DNA of 16,940 nt from Candidatus Sigynarchaeum calidifontis (GTDB lineage: Archaea > Asgardarchaeota > Lokiarchaeia > Sigyniarchaeales > Sigyniarchaeaceae): the NCBI GenBank assembly GCA_030587475.2, contig JAUQYZ020000228.1, forward strand, positions 1 through 16,940. The letters run 5' to 3'. Under the pieces are notes generated by a model that saw only the letters and a list, made by a program, of their open reading frames with translations, had not been told where the DNA came from and ran no database searches. Made by a program: the position numbers and the translations under genes. This document shows positions 7,661 to 16,860 of the stretch, piece by piece; positions within the stretch are counted from its first letter, which is position 1; each line of letters opens with the position of its first letter.

Positions 7661-9187
7661 ATGATGAAAACCGGGTTTGACAGCGCGCTGTATTTGAAAC
7701 AGCAGAGCGAGTACATCCTGGAGCGCGCGAAAAGCCTCGGTCTCGACCGGCTCTACATCGAGTTCGGTGGAAAACTCTTTTATGACATGCACGCGGCAAG
7801 GATCCTCCCCGGTTTCGATCCGAACGCGAAAATCAAGCTCATGCAGATGCTCAAGGAGAAGACGGATATCATCATCTGCGTGTTCGCCGGCGACATCGAG
7901 CGCCGCAAGATGCGCGCCGATTTCGGCATCACCTATGACGCGGACGTGCTCAAGCTCGTTGACGATTTGCGGGACGAGAATCTGGATCCCAAGGCAGTCA
8001 TCATCACGCGGTTCGACAACCAGCCCCTGGTCAAGCAATTTATGGACAAGCTCACGCGGCGGGACATCAAGGTCTTCACGCACCGGGCGATCAAGGGATA
8101 TCCCGCCGACCTCGACCTGGTCGTGAGTGACGAGGGTTACGGCTCCAATCCTTACATCGAGATAACCAAGCCCATTTGCGTCGTGACCGCGCCCGGCCCG
8201 AACAGCGGCAAGATGGCCACTTGTCTTTCCCAGCTTTATCACGAGCACAAGCGTGGCAAGAAAGCAGGGTACGCGAAGTTCGAGACTTTTCCCATCTGGA
8301 ACTTGCCGCTCAAGCACCCTGTCAACGTCGCGTACGAGTCCGCGACGGCCGATCTCGGCGACTTTAACTGCGTCGATCCATTTCACTTGGAAGCGTATAA
8401 CACGGTCGCAATCAACTACAACCGGGACGTCGAGGCATTCCCGCTGCTCAAGAAGATTCTTGAGCGGATCATGGGTGCTGGCAATGTCCCTTACAAGTCC
8501 CCGACCGATATGGGCGTGAACCGTGCTGGTTTCGCGATCGTCGACGATCTCGCGTGCCAGGCTGCGGCGAAGCAAGAGCTCATCCGCCGGTACTTCCGCT
8601 ACTCGTGCGAGTACGCGATCGGTGCAGCGACATCGAAAACGGTCGAGCGTGCCGAATTGCTCATGAAAGAACTCAACCTCGGCCCCGCGGATCGTCTCGT
8701 CGTTGGACCTGCCCGAAGGGCAGCCGAGGATGCCAGGCACAAGGGAAAGGGCGATGGTGACATCTATTGCGGCGCGGCGATCGAGCTCAATGATGAGCAG
8801 GGAACGATCGTGACGGGCAAGAATTCCCCCTTGATGCACGCGTCGTCGGCCGTCGTACTCAACGCGATCAAACGCCTCGCTGGGATCCCGGACAAGATCG
8901 ACTTGATATCGAAAAATGTGCTCGAATCGATAGGCCGTCTCAAGCATGACGTGTTTCAGATGAAAAGCGTGAGCCTGGATCTGGGTGAAGCGTTGATCGC
9001 GCTCGGGATAAGTGCCACGACGAATCCAACCGCGCAATATGCGATGGAAAAGCTCAAGGAGCTCAAGGGCTGCGAGATGCACATGACCCACATGCCCACC
9101 CCCGGCGACGAGGCAGGCCTGCGCCGGCTTGGCGTGAACCTCACGAGCGACCCGAACTTCGCCAGCAAGCATCTTTTTCTCGGTTAA
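7661..9187 (+). CDS. DUF1846 (UPF0371) family protein
   Basis: LYIEFGGKLFYDMHAARILPGFDPN, TAPGPNSGKMATCLSQLYHE, GYAKFETFPIWNLPLKHPVNVAYE, YKSPTDMGVN. Confidence 0.93.
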   Translation: MMKTGFDSALYLKQQSEYILERAKSLGLDRLYIEFGGKLFYDMHAARILPGFDPNAKIKLMQMLKEKTDIIICVFAGDIERRKMRADFGITYDADVLKLVDDLRDENLDPKAVIITRFDNQPLVKQFMDKLTRRDIKVFTHRAIKGYPADLDLVVSDEGYGSNPYIEITKPICVVTAPGPNSGKMATCLSQLYHEHKRGKKAGYAKFETFPIWNLPLKHPVNVAYESATADLGDFNCVDPFHLEAYNTVAINYNRDVEAFPLLKKILERIMGAGNVPYKSPTDMGVNRAGFAIVDDLACQAAAKQELIRRYFRYSCEYAIGAATSKTVERAELLMKELNLGPADRLVVGPARRAAEDARHKGKGDGDIYCGAAIELNDEQGTIVTGKNSPLMHASSAVVLNAIKRLAGIPDKIDLISKNVLESIGRLKHDVFQMKSVSLDLGEALIALGISATTNPTAQYAMEKLKELKGCEMHMTHMPTPGDEAGLRRLGVNLTSDPNFASKHLFLG

Positions 9188-9251
9188 TTTCGGTAAAAGT
9201 CGGCTTTAGGTTAATAAAGAAAAGAGTTTGTAAAAAAAAGTGAAAAGCCGG

Positions 9252-9737
9252 TTAGAAATCGCCTGACTTGATGGGCTTCACGCCCGTGTAGAGCGAGCTA
9301 TACTCGAAGATTTTCCAGTAGCCCTCGTCGTTCTTTCGCAATTGCACGGGGGAGGGATTATCTTTCCCGCCGCTCTGCACGAACACCTTGCTATCCTTTT
9401 CACCGCGCTTCGATGAGGGGAGTAGCGTTATCGATGCCTTGTAATCCGGCTTGTACTTGTTGGCTGGTGTACCTCCGAGGTAACTCGCCGCGATGCCACC
9501 CTTGAAATCCGTTCCTGGCACGGTCTGTCCGAACTGGTTCATCGCTATCTTATGCTGGGTGCCAGGTTCACCCTGTGGTGTTAGTTGATCCTTCGGAAGC
9601 ACCATTCCCCACATCTTCTTTCCATCCGGGTTGTTTTCTTTGAAGGTCTCGAGCACGGCGATGAGCAAGCACTTGATGGCTCCCGCCTCGTTCTTGCCTT
9701 CCTTTTCCCAGAGTTTCTTGAACTCGTCAAAATTCAT
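9252..9737 (-). CDS. DUF6935-like protein
   Basis: SYLGGTPANKYKP, KVFVQSGGKDNPSPVQLRKN..GYWKIFEYSSLYTGVK. Start at ATG 9737 after GGTGA; A-rich tracts past the stop read as oligo-T on the minus strand. Confidence 0.7.
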   Translation of the reverse strand: MNFDEFKKLWEKEGKNEAGAIKCLLIAVLETFKENNPDGKKMWGMVLPKDQLTPQGEPGTQHKIAMNQFGQTVPGTDFKGGIAASYLGGTPANKYKPDYKASITLLPSSKRGEKDSKVFVQSGGKDNPSPVQLRKNDEGYWKIFEYSSLYTGVKPIKSGDF

Positions 9738-10014
9738 TGCGATCACCATGGACGAAAGTTGATAGGAATATGGCTGTTAAAAAGATACCTCTTGGAACCG
9801 AGAATAGTGTTCAACGATGTTTTTCACGAAACGATGGACGGGAGAAATCGTTACGCATCTCCCTCTCGGAAAAATCTGAACCCGCTTGTCATCCCGTCGT
9901 GGACAAGCCAGAGTCGTGTTATCTTATATGCTGACAACGGTTCGATCCAATTCCAGAAGCGGCGTGCCGAGGGATAAAATATAATAAACCGTGTTTCCCA
10001 AAGGATTTACTTGT

Positions 10015-10299
10015 ATGACCGAAAACGAAAACGAGCAAACCCCTGAAGACGTTGTCATCAAGGTGCCCCGTACGACGCTAGTCCCAACTCTCTTGAACTT
10101 GGTCAAGCAAGAATACGTTCGTGGCCAAAGACATGGTTTATCGGACGATCCGGAGGCTATAAAGGAACAGATGGCCATGGAATGTGCCATCGAGGACGCG
10201 ATCTTCACGTGGATCGAGGAGATGAAAGAAGAAAAGGCCAAAAAAGACATGATGGACAAGATCCGCCGGCGATTCGACCAGCGCTGGGCTTCATGGTAA
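10015..10299 (+). CDS. Hypothetical helical protein (94 aa)
   Basis: Charged helical composition; AT-rich TATA-like element at about 9977-9988 upstream. Confidence 0.6.
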   Translation: MTENENEQTPEDVVIKVPRTTLVPTLLNLVKQEYVRGQRHGLSDDPEAIKEQMAMECAIEDAIFTWIEEMKEEKAKKDMMDKIRRRFDQRWASW

Positions 10300-10304
10300 T
10301 TGGT

Positions 10305-11120
10305 CTATCTTCGGTTGCCTTCGGCGAACTGCATCTCGTAGAGCTTCTTATATAACCCCCCTTCCTCCTGTACCAGTTGCACGTGGTTGCCCTTCTGGAT
10401 GATCCTCCCATCTTGGAGGACGATGATCGTGTCGGCATTAACGACCGTCGATAGCCTGTGCGCGATGATGATGCTCGTACGGTTTGCGAGGATCTTTTCT
10501 AGATTTTTTTGTATCAAGATTTCCGAGTACGCGTCGATCGACGACGTCGCCTCGTCGAGAATGAGAATCGGGGGATCGGCGAGTAGCGTTCGCGCAAAAG
10601 CGATTAATTGGCGTTGGCCGATGGAAAGAATTGCCCCTCGCTCACCTACTTGGGTCTGGTACTTCCGCGGGAGCTGCTCGATGAACTCGTGCGCGCCGAC
10701 CCTCTTGGCCGCGTCGATGACGTCATCGTCGCTGGCGCCGAGCTTGCCATACCTGATGTTTTCCATGATCGACGTCGCGAACAAGAAATTATCTTGCAGT
10801 ACAAGCCCGACGCGCTTCCGCAGCTCGTGCATCTCGATATCCCGCACGTCCACGCCATCGATGCGCACGCTGCCGGCCTTGACGTCGAAAAACCGCGGGA
10901 TCAAGGAGATGATCGTGGTCTTGCCCGCGCCGGTCGGGCCAACGATCGCCAGGCGTTCTTTGGGCTCGACGTGAAGCACGATATCCCGGAGCACCTCGTT
11001 GCCATCGTATGCGAAGTACACGTGGTCGAAATCGATGGCGCCTTGCAATGTCGTGAGCTTGATGGGTGCCGCGGGGTCGTGCATGTCAGGCTTCGTCCCG
11101 AGCAATCGCAACGCGCGCTC
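10305..11120 (-). pseudogene. ABC exporter (MsbA/MdlB-type) fragment, nucleotide-binding domain only; transmembrane domain missing
   Basis: Intact Walker A GPTGAGKT, Q-loop, LSIGQRQ, ILILDEATSSID and IAHRLST. Begins with the TMD-NBD linker ERALRLLGTKP. Upstream frame has no ATG and reaches TAG at 11178-11180. Confidence 0.7.
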
Positions 11121-11142
11121 GTTTCTGATTCCTAAAGATCTG

Positions 11143-11170
11143 CTTATAAATCCCCATGCCCACGATTTAT
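11143..11170 (+). promoter_or_regulatory. TATA-like box (CTTATAAA) overlapped by inverted repeat ATAAATC-N11-GATTTAT upstream of the hydrolase gene
   Basis: Arms at 11146-11152 and 11164-11170; GAGG SD before ATG 11205. Confidence 0.4.
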
Positions 11171-11204
11171 CCAGTTCCTACCAACAATCTGAGGATAAAC
11201 AAAC

Positions 11205-13583
11205 ATGTACAAGTTTCCGTTAGACCCTGGTGCCACGTGCCCCCACTGCGGCCGGACCCTCGGCCTCACGCGCAAGCTCGTGAAGTGCATGTATAGCGGC
11301 GAGGTCGTTTGCACGAAATGCATCGTGGGCGGCCGGTTCTCCGACAGCGTCTGGGACAAGATCCCGCAAGAATACCAGCAAAAGTTTCGCTCGGTAGACT
11401 GGCTTTTCTTTTTTGCAGTCGTCGCCGCCGGCTTGTGGCTGATGCAGTCCGGCATGTGGACGAATCCAGGATGGGACCTTGGTAATTTCGAGAACGCGGC
11501 GATCCAGCTCGGCATCTCTCTCGCATGGGCCACCGCGGGCATTATCTTCTTGTTCGCCTCGCTCCGGCTCGCGCCGTTGAGTTCATGGCTGTTCGCGCGT
11601 TGGGTGCGTGCTCACCCCCTCGAGCTCAAGGCGGCGGCGGATGCACTCGCCACGGGCAAGTATGAACCGAGGAGCAAGGCTTTCGCGCTGAAAATGCGCA
11701 TCATCCAGGCCGCGAAGCGAACCAGGTTTAGCTGGCTACATTTCACGGCTCTCGGTTGCAGCGTGGCGTCGATACCGCTTTATTTCATCGTTCGCGGGAA
11801 CGTCTCCCTTGCCGGGTCTTACATGTCGTGGATCGCGGGGCTTATCGAGTTCGTCGCCATCGTTTCAACCATTTTTTCGGCGATCGTCGCCGCGGGATAC
11901 TATTGCAAGAAGAACCCGGAGAACAACGCGCAGCGGCGGCTGATCGAGCTCCTTTCCTGGCTGTACATCATCATGCTCCCGCTCGTGTTTTTCACATACT
12001 CGCTCTCGGCCGTGGCAAGCATCAACTTCATTGACGAACTGTCATCGGAATATGCGATGCCGCTGATGGCCATCCACGTCTTCGCGACCGTGGCCATGTC
12101 CGCCATCAGTGTCTTATTGAACGGGTTCGTGCTATTCAAGGGTAAACCCGACTTCGAGGCCAAGCACGCGCCGACGCAGCCTCGCACGGGCAAAGAAATC
12201 GGGTTACGCGTGGCATCGAACATCGTGTTATCCATCTTCATCGGGATCTTGCTTGTATTGCTTGGTCTTGGCTTGCTCATCATCGTGCTCGATGCTACTA
12301 TGGCCATAGCCATCTTGTCGAGCAACGCGATCTTGTTCGGCGTCATCCTCCCGGTCACGTTCGTCGTCCTCAAGCTCGCACGAAAGCGCCCAGCCAGGTA
12401 TAACCAGCCCTACAACACGCTCTTGCGGCTCGCGATAGTAGTCATGGCCATCAACGCCGTGCCTCTCGTTGGGACAATGGTATGGACGAATCCATCCGTC
12501 GAGGCGCAATTTGCTGCATCGTTCGGGAATGACTGGCAGTCGCAGATCACGCCCGCCGAGTACGCGAGGATGCGCCAGGTGCCCTTCTCGTTCTTCGACA
12601 TGGTGCACGGGTACGACATCCCGTCGAATGCACGGTTCACGATCGAGTACTGCCGCGATAGCCCCAGATACGTCAAGTGGCCAAACGGCACCGTGATATC
12701 GAACGGCTCAACCAAGTTCACGTCGATCATCGACACGTTCGTGTTCGATGCTTATTTACCCCCTTGGCTTGATTTTGGCGATGGAAAGCCGGATCGACTC
12801 CCCGTAATCATTTTTATGCACGGAATTGGTATGAGCTTCGGTACGGAAAACGCGAACTGGACATCCCAGTATTTCGCTAATCAAGGATACCTCGTGTGCG
12901 ACCTGGAATACGGTTTCGTGAGGATGCGCACTTACCACGATTCCGGGATACCCAGCACGTCGCGTGAAGGGCGTTACGGTTACGATTTTCCCGACACGAT
13001 CTATCACGTCGGTAATTTCACGAAGTTCCTCGAGAACGCGACGAACGCGGCATATTACCACGCGGATTTAAAGAACGTTTATTTCGCTGGTCGAAGCTTC
13101 GGCGGTTGGATGGCCCCCGTGTGTGCTTACGGGTACAACATGAGTTTCATGGGCTCATACTTCGCGTCGCCCGTGAACATGACCGTGCGCGGGTGTATAC
13201 CCTATTATGGTGCCCTCGGCATCGCGGCCGGCGGGTCGGATGATATCTTCTTCGGCGCGGACCTCCCCTACATACGAGGCTCGTCGAAAAGTGGTGCTGC
13301 GGATTATAATCCCTTGTGGCACTGGATGGATCCATACGTGCTCGCCGACAAGACGCAAAACGGCAACTGGAACCTGTGCGCGACCATGCTCCTCCACGGG
13401 ACGAACGATTACGTGACCGCGGGTTGGAGCAGGCAGCTCGAGGCGATCCTGGAGAAAAGCGGCTATGTCGCAATAGGCGCTTACTATCCACTCGGCGCCC
13501 ACGCCTTCGAGGCCATACATTACTTGCATTACGGCCAGAGCACGACGTATTACGTCGAGCGGTTCCTGGCCCTGACGCATTGA
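11205..13583 (+). CDS. Multi-pass membrane alpha/beta-hydrolase (esterase/lipase-like) with N-terminal FYVE-spaced zinc finger
   Basis: N-terminal CPHC-x12-CMYS-x4-CTKC, about 9 hydrophobic segments, then DAYLP, PVIIFMHGIG, nucleophile GRSFG, LLHGTND and GAHAF (Ser-Asp-His triad). Confidence 0.85.
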   Translation: MYKFPLDPGATCPHCGRTLGLTRKLVKCMYSGEVVCTKCIVGGRFSDSVWDKIPQEYQQKFRSVDWLFFFAVVAAGLWLMQSGMWTNPGWDLGNFENAAIQLGISLAWATAGIIFLFASLRLAPLSSWLFARWVRAHPLELKAAADALATGKYEPRSKAFALKMRIIQAAKRTRFSWLHFTALGCSVASIPLYFIVRGNVSLAGSYMSWIAGLIEFVAIVSTIFSAIVAAGYYCKKNPENNAQRRLIELLSWLYIIMLPLVFFTYSLSAVASINFIDELSSEYAMPLMAIHVFATVAMSAISVLLNGFVLFKGKPDFEAKHAPTQPRTGKEIGLRVASNIVLSIFIGILLVLLGLGLLIIVLDATMAIAILSSNAILFGVILPVTFVVLKLARKRPARYNQPYNTLLRLAIVVMAINAVPLVGTMVWTNPSVEAQFAASFGNDWQSQITPAEYARMRQVPFSFFDMVHGYDIPSNARFTIEYCRDSPRYVKWPNGTVISNGSTKFTSIIDTFVFDAYLPPWLDFGDGKPDRLPVIIFMHGIGMSFGTENANWTSQYFANQGYLVCDLEYGFVRMRTYHDSGIPSTSREGRYGYDFPDTIYHVGNFTKFLENATNAAYYHADLKNVYFAGRSFGGWMAPVCAYGYNMSFMGSYFASPVNMTVRGCIPYYGALGIAAGGSDDIFFGADLPYIRGSSKSGAADYNPLWHWMDPYVLADKTQNGNWNLCATMLLHGTNDYVTAGWSRQLEAILEKSGYVAIGAYYPLGAHAFEAIHYLHYGQSTTYYVERFLALTH

Positions 13584-13640
13584 TGCCAATTTTCCTATCT
13601 TTTCTTTGTTTCTACGCGAGAAGTGCGAGCTGCTCGTGTA

Positions 13641-14204
13641 TTAGATGATGGCGCCGATCGCCCCGGCCAACATGATGGCACCGATGGCCACGAACACGAA
13701 CGCCGAGATGATTTCCAGCACGCGCACGGGTACCTTCTTGGCGATCCACTGCCCCGCCAGGGCACCGGTCACGGCGAGCAAGGACAAGGCCGCCCACGAT
13801 CCCACGAGCGTGCCGGCGAACGATGCCGACGTCGATGCGAGCAAGATCGTCGCCACTTGCGTCCTGTCGCCGAGCTCCATTGACACGATTGCGAGGAACC
13901 CTGCGAGAAACGAGCTGGCCGTCTTTTGGTATTTTTTCGCCTTCTTATCATCGTCGTCGAACGCGAGGTCTCTCGCGTGATCTCCTTGCCGTTCATTGCA
14001 CCATTTCACCACTTGCACGATCCCCAGGATCACGAAGATGCAACCCGAAACAAGCGTGATCCAGTCCAGCTGGATGAAGGTCGACAAGATCAAGGCGATG
14101 AACCCCCCGAGCAAGACCACCACCGCGAATCCCGTTACGGCGCCCATTGCCAGCTTCTTCGGTGCATACTGCGCCCTCGTGGCGAGGCATAAAATAATGA
14201 TCTG
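13641..14204 (-). pseudogene. GDT1/TMEM165 (UPF0016) Mn2+/Ca2+ transporter, 5'-truncated
   Basis: Second motif ELGDRTQ intact. The frame extends upstream of ATG 14147 as QIIILCLATRAQYAPKKLA (end of motif 1), then meets TGA/TAA at 14211-14216. First TM helix and ExGD(K/R) are absent. Confidence 0.75.
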
Positions 14205-14233
14205 GCGGGATCATTATCCCGCCAGTGCGGGAT
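14194..14233. repeat. Chain of three overlapping perfect inverted repeats
   Basis: ATAATGATC/GATCATTAT (14194-14217), CTGGCGGGAT/ATCCCGCCAG (14202-14225), ATCCCGC/GCGGGAT (14216-14233). Confidence 0.9.
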
Positions 14234-14288
14234 TTAACCATGCCGGCGGCGTTCGGCTCGCCTCATTCGGGGATACGATGGTTCGCAC

Positions 14289-15632
14289 TCAAGGATGGTC
14301 GAAGGATTCGGCGAGCTGCCGCTTGACGAGAAACAGCACCACCACGTAGAGCATGATAAGCGACCATTCGACGAAGATCGAGAAGATAAAAGGCGCTTGG
14401 GCACTTACCGTGTCATATAGGATACCGCCGATGATAGGGGCGCTCATCTCGCCAAGGTTCCCGGCGAGCATTTTCATGCCGAATAACTTGCCCCGGTGCA
14501 CTTTCGAGACGCGGCTGAGAACGTTATCGATGATGAGACCGGTCGTGAGCGCGAGCGTGGCGTCGAGAGTGTGGATGGGGATGAAAAGCCACAAGTTGCG
14601 GGCATTGATGAGAAGCCACGTCGCGACGCCGCCAAGCGTGCAGATCACGGTGATGCCCTTGGCCGGGTTGATCCGATCGGCCAGCTCGCCGAGCTTGGGG
14701 GCGAGGAACAGCGACACGAGCGTGCCGGGTACGAAACCCAGGACCGCCAGGTTCGGGTTTGGCTCGATGAGCTCCAACACGTAAACGCGCACGAACGGTT
14801 TCGTGATCGCCTCGTTTAGCTGCGTTCCGAACACCGCGATCATGAGGACCGAGAAACCCACGACGAGGGACGCGGGCACGCGCTTCATGAAAGCGATGTC
14901 GCGTTGCCGGGCTTGCGATGCATCCGGCGCGACGAGGACGAGCGATCTCCCGGGATCGTGCTTGCTTTCGTACACGAGGCTGTCGTCCACGTTTTTATAA
15001 AAAGATATACCTGCGATGATATTGGCCAGGCCGAAGATGAGCAAGGATGCGTGGGGGAAGAACGACTTGAAAGGGAAGTTTGCCGGGATGAGGACGTTCG
15101 ACGCCGCGAAGATGGCTATCCCGATGGTCGTGCCGATCACGAGACCTATGCCCTTGTAATATTGGCGCTTGCCGAAAGCGAGAGACCTGCATTGCTTGGC
15201 CGACTTGTCCGAGATGATGGTGTTGATCGGTACCCAGAAGAACGAGACCATCAAGCCGAGCATGAACTCGGAGGCCATGAGCCAGGCAAGCGCTCCGCCC
15301 GCGCCGAGCGCTGCTTGCAAGGCGATGGCCAGGTACATGATGAAATACGCGGAACCACGTCCCCACGCCCCGGCCATGACAAGCTTGCGCTTCGAGACCC
15401 GGTCGGCGAGGTACCCGGCGAATGGACTTCCCAAAACGTGCCCGGCCGTCCCGAACGACACGACGAGGCCGAGGCTCAGCATGGATGCTTGTATCTCGGC
15501 GCTCACGACGAAGGGGATCAAGAAATCGATGAAGAGAAAACCCAGGCAGTTCCACTTGACGATGCTCAAGACATGAGTGAAGTCAGGCGTGAATTCCGGG
15601 CAGGCTGTCGGGTCTCGTGCCGTGGCGTTCAC
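14289..15632 (-). CDS. Major facilitator superfamily transporter
   Basis: About 12 hydrophobic segments, motif A GYLADRVSKR and its repeat GELADRIN, HRGKLFG, APIIGGILYD. GTG start uncertain. Confidence 0.9.
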   Translation of the reverse strand: MNATARDPTACPEFTPDFTHVLSIVKWNCLGFLFIDFLIPFVVSAEIQASMLSLGLVVSFGTAGHVLGSPFAGYLADRVSKRKLVMAGAWGRGSAYFIMYLAIALQAALGAGGALAWLMASEFMLGLMVSFFWVPINTIISDKSAKQCRSLAFGKRQYYKGIGLVIGTTIGIAIFAASNVLIPANFPFKSFFPHASLLIFGLANIIAGISFYKNVDDSLVYESKHDPGRSLVLVAPDASQARQRDIAFMKRVPASLVVGFSVLMIAVFGTQLNEAITKPFVRVYVLELIEPNPNLAVLGFVPGTLVSLFLAPKLGELADRINPAKGITVICTLGGVATWLLINARNLWLFIPIHTLDATLALTTGLIIDNVLSRVSKVHRGKLFGMKMLAGNLGEMSAPIIGGILYDTVSAQAPFIFSIFVEWSLIMLYVVVLFLVKRQLAESFDHP

Positions 15633-15718
15633 TTCGCCGGTCTTGGAGCGCGGGAGCGGCTATGATGATCTGAATGCTGCGGGCGATTTAAAGTGAACGC
15701 GCCGACAGAAAACCCGCT

Positions 15719-16135
15719 TTAATCCAAGTTGCCCTTGCCATCGCCGATCATGCGCCGCAACCGCCGGTTTGCCCCGCTGTCGTCGAACGCGTCCTCCTTT
15801 TGACCCTTGATAGGCGAATCCACGCGCGGAGCGGCGTGGAAATAGGGCGGCTGGTGCGTCATCGCCGGGGAATCCACGCTTTTTGCAGCATCGGCGGGCG
15901 TTTCCCTCGCGATCCTGTTGCTCTCGTCGATCTGGCGCTTCACCATCGGGTAAACGTTCAAGATCATGTCGTCGGCATAGTGAACGCCTTCTCGCCAGCC
16001 CTCGTCGATGCAGATGCGGCGCGATTGCTCGAACAAGCTCAAGGCGAGCATCCAGTCGCCCCGGGACATGGCCTCCTTTGCATCCTCCACGAGGCGCCAG
16101 TTCATGCTCGCCATTGTTAGCGATTCATCGCTCAT
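15719..16135 (-). CDS. Hypothetical protein with N-terminal TPR-like helical pair and disordered tail
   Basis: AKEAMSRGDWMLALSLFEQSRRIC...GWREG pattern; AAAGGA upstream. Confidence 0.65.
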   Translation of the reverse strand: MSDESLTMASMNWRLVEDAKEAMSRGDWMLALSLFEQSRRICIDEGWREGVHYADDMILNVYPMVKRQIDESNRIARETPADAAKSVDSPAMTHQPPYFHAAPRVDSPIKGQKEDAFDDSGANRRLRRMIGDGKGNLD

Positions 16136-16263
16136 ATACGGTTCCTTTCGCTTGTTGACTATATCAGTTTAACTGCCATGCCATCCGAAATTTCATCGGG
16201 GGACATGGGTATTTGTAGGCTGCGGGCGAAATCATTCCATCGAACGAAGCATCGTGGGGCGCC

Positions 16264-16806
16264 ATGTCCAAGGACCGCATCATCGCCGATCTCGGCCCCG
16301 TGTTCGACTCGCACGAGCATTTCGGGTACTTCGACGGGTACTCGCCGGCCAAGCCCGAGCGGACGCTGAAGGATCTCATCAATGGCGCGTACATGGCGAC
16401 CGGGGCGGTCGACGCCTCGGATTACCCCGGCATTTGCAAGGCGCTCGCGGGGTTCGTCGGGTCGGACCGGTTCCAGTCGTTCCGCCTCGGCATGAAGGCG
16501 CTGTATGGCGAGGACTTGTACCCGATGTCCCCGCGCGTGGCGGAACGGGTCGACGCGAAGGTGCGGGTAGCACACGAGAGCGGCGACCACGCGTTTCGCA
16601 TCTTGAAGGAACACATGCAGGTTTCCCGGGCGGTCCTCGACGTGCCCCCGCGCGCGTGGCGAGCATGGAAACACGGGATCGGGAACTTGTCGTGCAGCGG
16701 GGAAACGAGCCGGGCCGAGCCCGGCCAGCACGATCCACGTCGCAGCCGCAATCCCATCGGCTTCACGGGTGGCTCAAGTGCCAGCCCGCGATCGCAGCCT
16801 TGCTGA
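16264..16806 (+). pseudogene. Amidohydrolase-superfamily (uronate isomerase-like) protein, N-terminal part only
   Basis: FDSHEHF metal motif and ALYG segment. After about 16670 the frame reads as non-coding and stops at 180 aa, with no room for the rest of a TIM barrel. Confidence 0.6.
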
Positions 16807-16860
16807 ACTGGTTCGTGCCGGTGCAAGCCACGAAGCCAATGGCGGGAAGGAACCGTTCGG

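Noticed and set aside
7421-9172. 583-aa minus-strand ORF
   Set aside because: Antisense shadow of the well-conserved DUF1846 gene, expected from GC-rich third positions; no motifs.
9938-9950. GGTTCGATCC resembling a tRNA T-loop
   Set aside because: No T-stem pairing, acceptor stem or cloverleaf around it.
13993-14241. Frameshift that might restore the GDT1 N-terminus
   Set aside because: Alternative frames upstream of 14204 contain no ExGD(K/R) motif or TM helix.
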